A stretch of DNA of 64,000 nt, taken from contig NW_024704750.1 in the NCBI RefSeq assembly GCF_018977255.1, positions 2,976,001 to 3,040,000 of the forward strand, in the 5' to 3' direction. Source of the DNA: Callorhinchus milii (taxonomy: Eukaryota). The translations under genes were made by a program, and so were the position numbers. Positions 11,601-23,549 of this stretch are shown here, piece after piece. The notes below the pieces were generated by a model, which saw only the letters and a program-made list of their open reading frames with translations, made no database searches and was not told the DNA's origin. Position 1 is the stretch's first letter, and every line of letters starts with the position of its first letter.

Positions 11601-14600
11601 CTATTTCTATTTAGAGATAAAATACATAAATTATATCCTTGGGAAGTTGTATGGGTGGATTATGGTTTACTGTGAAGTTGTCAGAACTTTTGTGACTGTC
11701 CTCTCCTCTAACACCACCACAGATGTTGAACAATGGTGAATAATTTTACAGCGGCAAATATTTTGTTCCAAGTGTCTTGGTTGTTGTATGTACGAGTCTA
11801 AATTTGACACTGGTGCGATTTGATTTGGGCAAGTAACTGCTTTGCTCAGTGAGCTTGAAAAACACAAACAATTTTTAATCCATCAAAGAGTAGAAGTGTG
11901 GTGTGTCCGTGTGCATAGTCCCGGTCAGAAAAGACCCGAGAGGGGGGAAAAAACTCCGATATCAGACCGCTCGAATATCTTGCAGATCTATTTTAATGGA
12001 ATATTCAATTGAAGTGGAGCGGCTTGCTGAATTATCTGTACCTTTTAATAATGCTCTGTTTCATGACCATAGGGGAAGATGAACTAGAGAGAGCATGTGT
12101 AACAAGTTGGCCCTGACCTGAGTGGTGGCAAGCAAAAGTAATCCTCTAGCAAAATTCTGAATGTTAAATGTAAAAAACAATTCTTGAGCTCTGCATCTTT
12201 CTTTCTGTTGCTTTGGCATTGCAAGTTCGCACATGAAGACGTTTCATTATTAAATAGAAAATGCTAATAAATCTATATTTATTGGCAACTTCGGTTGTAG
12301 TAGTAATACTTAATTGAAATTTAACGGTTATTACAAATTATTATTTAATGTATAAGAACATAAGAAAGAGGAGCAAGAGTAGGCCATTCGGCCCCTTGAG
12401 CCTGCCCCGCCATTTGATACGATGATGGCTGATCTTCTAACCTAATTCCATTTTCCTGCCCTATCCCCATATCCATTTAGTTTTTAAAAATCTATCGATC
12501 TCAGTCTTGAATATGTTCAATGACTGAGCATCCACAGCCTTCTGAGATAGATTTCCATAAATTTACTACCCTCTGAGTCAAGAAATGTATGGAGGATTCA
12601 AATATCTTTTTAACAGTTCTTTCTAACATCCTACAGAATAAAGTGAAATAAATGAACTGCCTCAGAGTAGATGTGCCGTTTAAAATGCATTAACTGCTGC
12701 TGCTCTCTAAAAACAAATAATGCAAGCTTTGACCACAAATTTTACAAGTACTTTAGTTCATCAAGTGGAAAATTGCAGACAAGTAAATTTCTGTGTTGGA
12801 TTTAGCTCTTTTTCTTTCCCTCCCCACATGCTTTTGTTTCCTCAAGTCATATCGCTTCCTGACATCCCATTCAAATCAACTGTGTGTCAACTCGAAACTT
12901 GTACAGTAACTCCTCCTTGGCTACTTGATGCTAGTGTTGCTCTGTAGTTCAGCCAATAACTTATGTGTTTATTGTTTGTTTTTCCAAAGAGCATTGTGCA
13001 CCTCTTTCCTCTTCCTTTGCGACTGAAGCTCTTGTCTGTCTTAGATGCGGAGAGTTTTCCAAGCGCTTTTCCAATTTATTATTCACTTAATTTCAGTTGC
13101 ACAATGATCAGATCTCAGTACAACCAGATCTATTCATCTCTTTGAATCATTGCTTGAATTATGGTCAGCTGAGAGTATCATGTTAGATTCCCCTTGGTGA
13201 ATAAAGTGATTGTGAGATTTAAAAGTCATTTGGAAGAGTTGAATGTTTTAAATGTTTTGACACTCAGCCTTTGCTAGCCTTCAAAAGGGGCTTGAGGGGT
13301 TGTTGTGGAAATAATATATAAGTAGCTAGAACCTCCCTCCAAAACCCCCCCCTCAGCACATTCACTGATAAATAATATCAGGGAGGTGGAAATTCATCCC
13401 AGTGTTGGGCTAACAATTGTTCCAATTGTTGGAAAATTATCATATATTATACAAAGTCATTTAGAATGTACTACGTAAAATCATTACAACTTATCCAAGA
13501 TCGAAGACTGATACGCTGTTCACACAGTACACAGTATTTACTGTAGAAACTTTCTTTTGCTTTGGAAACATAATTGATAGTATACAATACACATTTATTC
13601 TTATGACATAATAGACTGGGGGAGGGGGGTTGCCAAACAGTTACACAATGTTACACTCCATTTGGGTTATATACAGTGTGATGTGAATAGTTTATTACTA
13701 TTACTTTGTACTATTACTATGTTAGGTCGTGAGTCGTACAAAACAATGGCAGTATTATCTTATAATTCAATGCATTGAGTTTTTGCATGCTTTACAATCT
13801 GTTATATTTTAATATGTGTTTTAAGTGGGCTCCACTGTATGCCTGTAAAATTCAAAGAGCTTTCAAAGTAATTTTATTTCTGCAGGTGATTAGTAGTGCC
13901 TTGGGAGTCTGGGGTTTAGAACTTACCCTCTTCAACAGCCCAGAGTATCAACGATTAAGGATTGACGCAGTGTAAGATATGTTATATGTAAATACAGTGT
14001 GTTCTCTTTTTTTAATTGATATTAAAAAATACTGCTTTATTTTTCTAACTATACCGATCTTAATTTTAATTTTCAGATTTTGGATTCATTTATTCAAATT
14101 TTCTGCTTTTTAACAAAAAAAATTACTGCAAATATATAATGGACAGTCATTTATGGAAATAGGATTTTTTTTATTTAAAAAAAAGTGTTGATTCTTTCAT
14201 CAAAGCCCTCGTGGAAATGGTTTAAAGTATATCCACAATTTATTGTTTTCACAGAAATGAAAGGGCATTTATATGCAACTACAAGGAACACTGGTTTACA
14301 GTACGAAAATTAGGAAATCAGGTAGTTTTTAGCCTACTAACTCTAAGGTGCACTGTAGAATTTTGAATCTCGCCACAAAATATTGACGTTTGAAATGTCC
14401 CACTTTTTCAACTGTTGCCCATATTTTCAACTGTTACCGTGCCATTTCAGAAATTTAATCGAAAGATTTTTAAAACATACTGTGGTAGTATTCCAGAGAT
14501 TCAAATGAGTTAGTTCAGTACACCTGGTTTGATATAGAACGAGGCAAAGATTCCCTATATGATGTCCCTCAAATGGATTAGCATGCCAGAATACCAGACT

Positions 14601-17600
14601 GCCACTTCCTTCCTTAAATCAGGACCCAGCTTTCTTAAGACAATTATAGGGAAAGAATTGCAGGAGGTGAAAAAAATCACCAATCCTTCAAAATCATAAC
14701 ATTGGTTACAAAAAAATCATTGGTTTTATTCGCCAGCCTTTCGCGTGAATAGGTACACCCCTTTTCTTCCTGGGTTAGTGATCAGTGTGGAGTCATCAGT
14801 ATGAATTTAATTTCCCTTGTAAACCTTGATTGATTCACTAAAATAAGAAATAGGTACATTTGGTGGTCTGCTTGACTGCAGTCTAACTTACCCAGAGTTT
14901 CAGCACTAGGTGGCATAAATAGCTAGGAACCGAAAGAGCATGAGTCATTTTTCACTGATAAAAATACCTATTTTCTTTGGTTAAAAGACAATCCTTTTTT
15001 TAAAAAAAACTGAATTTAAGATTTTAAAGCCAAATCCGGCAATTTTTTCAGCCTCTGTGATTGTGCATTGGCTTCCCAAAATTTCGCAGTAGATTCTATC
15101 TTTGTGTTAAATTGTCCCCTCTGTTTTTCCCATTTCTTGACAGAAAAAATGGAACCCAAAAACCCTAAAACATGTTTTTAAGAATTAAAAAGTGACTTTA
15201 ACGGTCCTTGTTGATAGCTATACGTGAAGATAGACTTATGTAACACTTATGTTTCTTTGCGATGTGTGTTCAGTTAGAAATTTTTGATTTCTAGGTTGTT
15301 AGTCACAAGGAATAATGGCTATTTTTCTTTTCTGGTCAGTGGTTTAACTTGAATTCCTTACTGATGGGTCCTGAGTTGATCTCCGACACATACCTCGCCC
15401 TTTTCTTGGCTCAATTACAACAAGAAGGTATCCCTGTTAAATATTACAATATAATTAATAAATAGAGATTAATAAGTTGGAAAAAGAAGCTAATTGGAGA
15501 AGCTGTGTTTTCTGACTCTTTTGAGGTGACTCATCAGCCTTCTAAACAGAGGAAGCAATAATTCAGAAGCTTTTTACTATTATCAGTGCAAACCGGATCA
15601 CTGCAATACCTCACAGGTTTTATGAATTTACGACCCAGGTCTACTTTTTAAGATATTTATATAAAATTACTTCTTTTAAGTACGTATATCCATCAGGGAA
15701 ATTTCACTTTCCTTTTCAGATCACACCCTAAATTTGTTTGCTATACAATTCATACGATTCTATGTATTTTTTTCCCCAAAAAACGTCTTCACGTTAGCTA
15801 TCATAAAATGAACCACTGTTAATCTCTTTCATAATTTTGGTCATTATTTCACTTCTTTGTTACAAAGCAGAAAGCAGTCAGTAAGTCAGGTGTGGAATGA
15901 AAATAAATGAGTAAAGTGGGAGTGGTTTCACTGAGGTAACAAACAACAAAGCTCAGAATATAAATGATTAATAATAATAATCCTTACATTTGAAGCACTT
16001 CATGGGATTTACTGTAAAATGTAGTGACTGTATATTTTGTAGCTAGGCAAATCAATTCCTTTGATTGAGCAGCTAAGTTTTCTGAGTTCACAGTGAACAG
16101 ATACCTGATAGTTCTTTCCTGTTCCAGACATTTATTTACTAACATGGTCTTGAACTCCATGATTATATAAGAAACAGAAATAGTTTTATGGAGCATAAAA
16201 ACAGTGCTGCTACAGCTCTTAAATCAACTAGGACATAGGTTCCTTTATAATCATAGGCAATTGCAGTTGTAGTACAGTAACAATTTAAAGCTCATAAAAT
16301 ATTTGTTTTAATTTAGAACAAAATTGCCTTCTGGTAAAGCTGTGATTGCAAATATCTGTAGAGTGACATTTGTGTGTGCAGTGGACAAAGTAGTCAAACG
16401 TGGAGCTCTGTGTGAAGTTTGTTTTGTTTCCGCAGGTTATTCAATATTTGTATTGAGGGGAGATTTACCAGAATGTGAAGCTGATGAACTGCTGAAGATA
16501 ATGAGAGTAGTGCAACAAGAGAGACCCAAGCTGATTGGAGAGGAGGGAACCCAGAGGACACAGACCGAGAGCAGTCCGAGGTAGTGAGCAATGTGGAGAA
16601 TTTCATTTACAGTATTGGATTGGGCTGGGATCGGCATTGTAAAAAATAAGTAAAAGTAAAAAAAAATTATAATAATAATTTGGTCATTTAATCTACGAGT
16701 GTTTGTGGGACACTGCTGCGTGCAATTGACTGCCGCGTTTTTCCCACTTAATCTATAGTCAATTCACTTTACAATGTATCTGCAAAGCTGTTTGAAACTT
16801 CTTGAAGTCGCGATAAGGCACTATATCAAATGCAAGGATTATTTTATCATAAAATGGGGAAGAAAATGGTTTTGTTTTCAAAAATATATTTATTCCCTAC
16901 CACAAGGCAGGATGGCGCAAATCCCCTTTTGATTTCCATCCCAGTCTTATTGCAATCCTTAATTTTGTTATAGAATGGAATGAACGGAACATCAGCTATT
17001 TAAGATGTTTTGTCCCAAAAATGCATTACCAAGTTGAGCAATTTGCTAATAAAGAATAGTTTATGTTGCATTTAACCGTGTCTTTTTTGATATTAAATGA
17101 CTTGTGATTTTTTCGATATGCAATTTGCCCCCCCATCCCCATATAGGTGCATTTGTGTTTTGTATCACTGTGGTTTGGTGGAGGTGGGGGTTGCTGTGGG
17201 TGAGATCTCTGATGTGAGAGTGAAAATAATCTTGATTTTATCTTCCACCTATTGTAAACGTTCACACCAGCACAAATCCAAAGAATGTTTGCTCTTATAA
17301 AACAAGAAATAGAGATAATTCTACAGTAGATTAATGGTGGCCTATGGAGCGTGATTGAATGTCTGAACTAAACTGTTGGGATTTTTAATAGTTGTTGGCA
17401 GAAAAGGCATATTTTATAAAAAAAATTTGTAGTAAAAAAAATCTACTCTCTGTTTCTCGTGTTCTGTAGCGTACAGAACAGTGACTGGGAGCAAACAATC
17501 GATGCCAGTAAATCCGTTACCAGCGTGGTCGACGAGGATGATGAAAACCTACAGAGAGCATTGTCATTGAGCCGTCAGCACATGGAGACAGAGGACGAGG

Positions 17601-20600
17601 AAGCAGATCTCCGCAGAGCGATTCACCTCAGTATGCAAGGTGGGGATTCACCCAGCAATGCAGGAGAAAGCTACCAGTTCTCTTCACTCTCTCGACCTTG
17701 CAGTACATTTCAACAACTTGGCATTTATATAGCGCCCCTCACACAGGGTAGGATCCCACCAACCATGGGTTAATCCATGCACTATTTTCATATTTTTGTG
17801 GCATTCCAGGTAAGGCTTATTTGAAAAAAAAGAATAATCCTTGCATTTGATATAGCGCCTTATCTCGTCTTAGAGACGTCTCCAAGCGCTTCACAGAATA
17901 TCCTGTAAAGTGAATTTACGAAATCCGAGTTGTGTAAAACAGTGTTGAATTGTTGAGCAGTGTATTTTTACAGCCTTGTGCGTTTCTCTCAGCTATATGC
18001 AAAAGCCAATCCAGAAGTCTGTACTGATCCCTATGGGGTTGAGATGCTCCTGGTTATAGCTCCATAGGGAAGGCTGATATTTAAATAGTTATTATCATCT
18101 TGCTATAATCTAGTTCAGTGAAAAGGATTGACCAGTGTAGCTTGAAATTGAATTTTTTTTGTAACTGTTGACTTTCAGAAAGTAAAATTCTGAAATGTAA
18201 CTGCATATTTTGTTTTGCACCATGTTTATTCTTTGATCAAAAGCCCCCAAATTGGGGTCTGAACATGACTGTGACCTACCTACCTGTCAGTAGTGTTTCT
18301 GCAGTTAAAATATAGTTTACACTTGTATAAGGCCTTTCACATCCGGAGGACATTTCAAAGCCATTCACACAGCTGACTAGACAGCTATGCCTTGGGTGTG
18401 GGGAGCCAAGAAGGCTCAGGGGTGGGTTGGGGAAGATGACTGAAAGCGCATTGGAAGAGGTAAGTCGAGGCGAGCTTTAAAATTAGGGAGGGGGCGAGGG
18501 GGTAATGTGCAGGGTTTCCAGGATGGAGTCCCAGAGAGCGGGAGTAGAATTGCTGAAAGATCGCCCACCGATTAAGGGGCAGATCAGGCATGAGACGTGA
18601 AACGAGTTAGTTGTGTTTGGACTGACGAGAGATTACAAAAGTTTTTATCCTTTGAAACAGAAAGGTCCAAAAGAAGGTGATAGACTGCTTCACAGCCCTG
18701 CATGACTACAAAGAGAGCAAAGCTGTACTGTATACCGTATGTACATACAGTCGCAAGCCTGAGGTTTCGTTACTGCTGTTTTGTTTTAAGCGTTTCGTAA
18801 ATAAAACATGAAAATGTTTTTATGTTTTTCATTTTATCTGTAATTTTTTTTAAAAAAAGCTTTAGTTATAGTCTTAAGTAAATCTCTGTTTCTGTGGACA
18901 TTTCTTTAATGACATAATCTTTAATTTATTTTGTGGGAAATCTGAACAGCCGCGTATCCTTTAGCTTTAATGGTTCGATAGATGATGCAAAATATTTTTA
19001 TTTCAATACTAATCATGTAACCTCAGAGGACAATCATGTATGTTACAGGAATTACACGGCAGGTTGGAGCTAAAGAGTACACTACCTCAAAATCTTGGGG
19101 CACATTATTCACTATCCGATGAAACTTGCAGCAATGATGTAGTGATTTATTTAGTGTAGCTCCTCATAGCCACCTGTAGAGCACCAGCACAAGAGCAGAT
19201 TTGTATCTTGTCCTTTAAGCCAGGAAAGATATATGGCACAGGACATTGAAGCCAAAGCTAATACATTAAGTGGGAAGAAAACTCTCATATAATCTTGGGT
19301 CACTGCAGTTTTATACTTTTTTTTTAACCATTTTGGTTTTCAACCAAAATTTAAAGCTTTATGTGAAACTCTGAGCCCAAATGTTGTTGGTGGTAAATCG
19401 TTGTTGTTGCCATGCCGAGTTTACAGTTAGTTCATTGTGGGTAGTCTTTTCATTTGATGTCTGGAATTATTACCAAAGGAATTAGTTGTACATCAGTAAA
19501 ACTTGTTAGGATTTTGGTTTTTGTAAATAATAATAATCCTTGATTTTTATATAGCACCTTATCACGTTATTGAGATGTCTCAAAGTACGTCACAGAATAT
19601 ATTGTAAAGTGGATTGACTGTAATTTGTGTTAATTTGCATAAGTTGCTTTAAGCATGTGCATGTCACTTATAAATTATTCCTTAGAAGAGAAATGGTCAT
19701 GATTAGTTGGAACAATCACCTTTCAACATACAAAAGAGTCTCTTATATCGCTATTCAAGTGGTAGTGGAAAGGCTGCTTTGCTGATGGCCGCTTACTAGT
19801 GAGCATTAAATGGGTCTTAAGAACAACGTGGAAACTGATGCACAAATTATTTTATTACAAAAGGTTGGACAGCAGATGGTTGTTCTCAATGATATTCTAT
19901 GACACTGAACAGAATAGTTCATGAGTTCAAATTTAATGACTGTTTAAAGGTTTGCAGCAAACCGATAAATCAATCTGCTGTGAACATTTATTATTCAATA
20001 ATGCAGTGGACTATTCAAGCTTAGTTTAGAATAAATAGGATGTAAAGTTAAAATAGCACAGTTGTAATATTTCAATTCTTTTTCATTGGCGACAGTTTTC
20101 CGAATGCAATAACTAAAGGCACAGATCATGGATATAATAATAGCAGCTCAAGTGCGAATTGACAAACTGGGTTATTTTATGATTCACTGGGATTGGATCT
20201 GTTCTGGTGCATAAGTGACATTACAGTGCAGCCAAATCCAACTCTCGATATCTCTCAACAATAACATTACTGACTGCTGAAACACAAATGTTTCAGATGT
20301 GTTACAAATGGCATAGCTAATGCAAAATGTCTTGAGATAGTGGCAAAAAGACGATTGTACATTAGATAATAGGAAATAAAACAGAATATGTTAACACAAT
20401 AATAATATTGTAAAATCTGGCACTCGTTCCATCCACAATGTTAGACCAAGAAATGGTAAGTATGGGATTTACACCAATGCACCCAGTATGAATTTTTATT
20501 TCATTCTAGTGGAACAGCGATAACACACAGCTTGTAGAGTGTTGCAGTAATGGCTGCTGGGTTCCTGTTGCTTATAATATTTATGTAACCTCTATGAGAG

Positions 20601-23549
20601 TATTGTAAACAGATTATCTGTGTATTCAGGTGACACACAGTTGTCTCAAATGCAAGATGTTCTGAACAGAAGGATACTGTTCAGTCTGCAAAGTATTAGT
20701 TACTGGCAAGAGGGAATTTGACATTGAGCAGTGTAAGGTAATTTACATTAATGGAAGTAATAAGCACATTTCCACAATGGACAGCATATTGTTCAATAGA
20801 TGGGGTGCAGAAAAGATTTCCATATAATAAGTTGAGGAAAACATTAAAGACAGTGCTACATTTTGTAGTTATAAGAAATGTTGAACTGTTGAGGTGAATT
20901 AATAGACCTGTAGAATATATCCAAGGCAGTTACATTGATAAAGTATAAAGTATTAGTGAGTCCACACCTGGAATATTGTGCTCAGTTTTGGTCATTGTTC
21001 TACAAATAGACAGGGAATTCAATTGAGAGGAATTCGCAGAAAAGCAACCAGAATTGAGATTTTTCCATCAATAAGCTATGAAGAGAGACTACAAGAGCTC
21101 AACCTGTTCCTGTTGGAAAGAGATTAAGGGGGACTAAAACAAGAGAGTTGATTGGGTAGGTGCTGCGATATTTGTCATTCAAAACTAGAAAAGGGATTCC
21201 AAAGATACCTGATTAAAACCAGGACATTTTCAGTTAAACAAAATATTACCTTTTCATTTGTGTGCATTAGAATCAGATCCATCAAGCAATTGAAAGGAAA
21301 TCATGAGGCAATGTCCATTTAATGAGCTTTGCTCCGTTTATTGCCTAGTGTGCTTTGCTCATTATAGTCCAGCTTAGCTCTATATGAGCACCACAAGCCC
21401 TGTTATTTTTCTCTCGATGTTGCCAGCAGTGGTTCTCTGTTCTCCAGCAAAAGGTTATCTCACAAGTGGAATCAGAAGCTGTGAAGTGTTTGGAATGCAG
21501 ATGAAAACCCACATCCCAGTCTGCCATGCCACCATTAAGATTGTGTTCTGTTTTAAGCTTGTTGTTCAATGTTGTGCTATTTTTACATCGCAGATGACGT
21601 GTATTCCTCCGTAGGTTAGATGTTGCTTTTAAAAAAGATAAGAATTTCTTATCATGACTCGACTGTAGTGGGTGTGTCAATTATGTAAATTCATTCCAGC
21701 CTACATATTTCCATAGCTATTTTTAGAAAGCTAACATATATCAGGCAATAACAATTGTGAGGTGTTATATAGTAGATCCAGTAAATTGAAATCCAATCAT
21801 TTTTAGCGTTAAAATACAGCTATTTAAGAGAAGCTAAATTGTATTAAAAGCAAATAAACTTACAGCACAAACTGATGAATTATCCGATGGGTCAAAATTA
21901 ATGTATCTATATGAACCCTATTAAATTGATTGCTGTAATCCGAAGAGGGTTTTGAGTGATCGGTTGTAACAATCCTATAAGCAGTAGTTTCAATAGGAAG
22001 ATGTAAATAGCCCTAAATGATGAGCTGAGTCAAATGGCCTTGCCTCATTTCAGCATTCTTACAGCTATTAATTACACTCTTTAATCAGTATCCCTGACTA
22101 CCTCTGCTTGATTCCACCATTGAATAGGATCATTATTGCAACTGTCCACAAGAATGCATTTGCATTGCAGTTTAATTCCAGAGAGATTGGAGATCTGTGA
22201 GAATTTTTAGACTGCAGCAGATAATGGTGATGACCAGTTTTACGACAGAATAAATTGCTGTGCACGAATGAATAGTTTGATGTTCTGATATTCTATGACA
22301 GTAGATAATTTTTGCTATGTATCTGGAGTCACGCTAATATACGTCTTTTTCCACATAAAAGTTTCTAAATTTGGAATTTATGCATATGTAACAGGATGTC
22401 ATGGCAGTCTGTCAACAAATGTGCCTTCAGAGGCCTATTAATATTAATATGTGGATGGCACTGTATATACTTCATAGCTGCAGGCTTGTGTATGTGTTTA
22501 ATATTGCACCTTTGAGATGCTCTTAATTGCTCTGCCAACAAATGTGCCATTTGATGTGGTGCTGAACTGTGCAGCCTGCAAGATCCCAGGATAAGTCCTT
22601 CATCCGTGATGTGTTGTCTTGTCTTAACTAGCAGGAGGTGCTAAAGATGTCCTCATTATTTAAGAATGGAGGAGAAGGAGCAATTATGTAGGATTCTCAT
22701 TTCTCATCACTGTTGAGTTGCCTCTGCTGGAGATGTGCATACGTGTGAAAATTGGTCTGTAATGCCCCCACCATCACATAACACATTGATGATCACTTTC
22801 TGATCTGACATATGAGAAATATACCTTTTAAGATTTAAGGGTTATTTTACTAATGTGATATTTGTAATGGATCTTTAGGTTTTGGACAAGGAACAGAAAT
22901 TACAGAAGTGACCTCAAACGATGTTGCACAATCCTCAGGGATAAATCAGATTAGTCCAGAGGAACTCCGAAGGAGACGACAAGACTACTTTGAGAAGTAA
23001 GCAGGCCTTTCGATCATGTTGGAGAATTTCCTTCCAAAAGAGTATGCAATAATATTGTAAAATCATTTCTTTAACTGGTTCAATTCTTGTACTGAATACT
23101 AAATACATAAATTTATAAATTCTGAATATTAAATTGTGTGACGATTGAGGCTGTGAGCAAGGGGTGGTGGGGTGTAAGAGAAGCAATTACCTTCAGGATT
23201 TTTGGTGAATCTATTGTATCTTCACCAATATGTTTTGTTTCCAACAGAAAACAACCATGTGCACAACCTTCAAATTCAAATCAGCCTGAAAAGCCAGGTT
23301 GTACAGCACTGCGAGTGAATTCAGGTGTGTGGTTGCTCATTCAAATCCTGTTCATAGTAACTTCTTTTAAATGAGATATAACATGACACTAAAAGCAGAA
23401 GTAGCAATTAAGTTCACTCATTTTTTTTTTTACCCCCGCCCTCCCCCCCATCTATAGCTAGCGTGACTGAACGAGAGACGCCTCAAGCAGACGTGAACAA
23501 GTCATTAGACACTGATGCCAATGATAATTCGAAAGAAAAAGGAAGTTAA
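5588..23549 (+). CDS. atxn3: Ataxin-3 (Josephin-domain deubiquitinase), 11 exons, 1077 nt, 358 aa
   Basis: join(5588..5611,9170..9334,10365..10409,13886..13971,14255..14321,15340..15427,16436..16580,17470..17639,22879..22996,23248..23324,23458..23549). All introns GT-AG and phases close into one frame; catalytic Cys14 (GSLCAQH), His (KEHWF) and Asn (WFNLNS); two UIMs; EELRRRR VCP-binding motif. Confidence 0.95.
5930..6705. repeat. Polypurine G-rich minisatellite (GAGAGAGGTGGGGGGG-like) in atxn3 intron 1
   Basis: Near-pure purine tandem array on the + strand. Confidence 0.9.
7850..8095 (-). mobile_element. Old DeuSINE-like (SacSINE1/AmnSINE1-like) SINE fragment
   Basis: Shares ...cacagcaatgtcccaca...ttgttgaccaggacac...tccacctgaa with copies at 9930-10075 and 33400-33760; family name is from recall. 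Confidence 0.55.
9170..9334 (+). CDS. atxn3: atxn3 exon 2 (QEGSLCAQHC...YKIFLQ)
   Basis: ccacag acceptor, GTAAAT donor, contains the catalytic Cys. Confidence 0.95.
9410..9813 (+). mobile_element. L2-clade LINE 3' fragment with (GTT)n tail
   Basis: Decayed ORF2 C-terminus (KALHGLAPSYLCDLL), then cttgggacgtcctcccaacgtgaaaggtgctata and gttgttgtt. Confidence 0.75.
9814..10075 (-). mobile_element. Deu-type SINE fragment, tail-to-tail with the L2
   Basis: Reverse complement of the SINE body and tail seen at 38179-38500. Confidence 0.65.
10365..10409 (+). CDS. atxn3: atxn3 exon 3 (QPSGNMDDSGFFSIQ)
   Basis: acacag acceptor, GTAAGT donor, 45 nt. Confidence 0.95.
12353..12590 (-). mobile_element. 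CR1/HER1-like LINE 3' end
   Basis: taagaacataagaa...aggccattcggccccttgagcctg...gatcttc; near-identical copy at 26446-26680. Confidence 0.75.
13886..13971 (+). CDS. atxn3: atxn3 exon 4 (VISSALGVWGLEL...RIDAV)
   Basis: ctgcag acceptor, GTAAGA donor, 86 nt. Confidence 0.95.
14255..14321 (+). CDS. atxn3: atxn3 exon 5 (NERAFICNYKEHWFTVRKLGNQ)
   Basis: tcacag acceptor, GTAGTT donor, catalytic His. Confidence 0.95.
15340..15427 (+). CDS. atxn3: atxn3 exon 6 (WFNLNSLLMGPELISDTYLALFLAQLQQE)
   Basis: ggtcag acceptor, GTATCC donor, catalytic Asn. Confidence 0.95.
16436..16580 (+). CDS. atxn3: atxn3 exon 7 (GYSIFVLRGDLPECEAD...)
   Basis: ccgcag acceptor; AG|GTAGTG donor keeps phase with exon 8. Confidence 0.88.
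16676..16850 (+). mobile_element. 5'-truncated Deu/L2-tail SINE
   Basis: Matches the 3' half of the full-length SINE at 47332-47641. Confidence 0.7.
17470..17639 (+). CDS. atxn3: atxn3 exon 8 (UIM1 DEDDENLQRALSLS, UIM2 EDEEADLRRAIHLS)
   Basis: ctgtag acceptor, G|GTGGGG donor; two canonical UIMs. Confidence 0.9.
20560..21270 (+). mobile_element. Decayed CR1 LINE ORF2 3' fragment
   Basis: gtgagtccacacctggaatattgtgctcagttttgg encodes VSPHLEYCAQFW, typical of the CR1 ORF2 C-terminus (LVRPHLEYC.QFW); many stops and frameshifts. Confidence 0.65.
22879..22996 (+). CDS. atxn3: atxn3 exon 9 (...ISPEELRRRRQDYFEK)
   Basis: ctttag acceptor, GTAAGC donor; VCP/p97-binding motif. Confidence 0.92.
23248..23324 (+). 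CDS. atxn3: atxn3 exon 10 (KQPCAQPSNSNQPEKPGCTALRVNS), positional equivalent of the polyQ exon
   Basis: caacag acceptor, G|GTGTGT donor; phases fit exons 9 and 11. Confidence 0.8.
23458..23549 (+). CDS. atxn3: atxn3 exon 11 (ASVTERETPQADVNKSLDTDANDNSKEKGS*)
   Basis: Polypyrimidine tract plus tatag acceptor; aligns by eye with the UIM3-bearing last exon of tetrapod ataxin-3. Confidence 0.8.
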
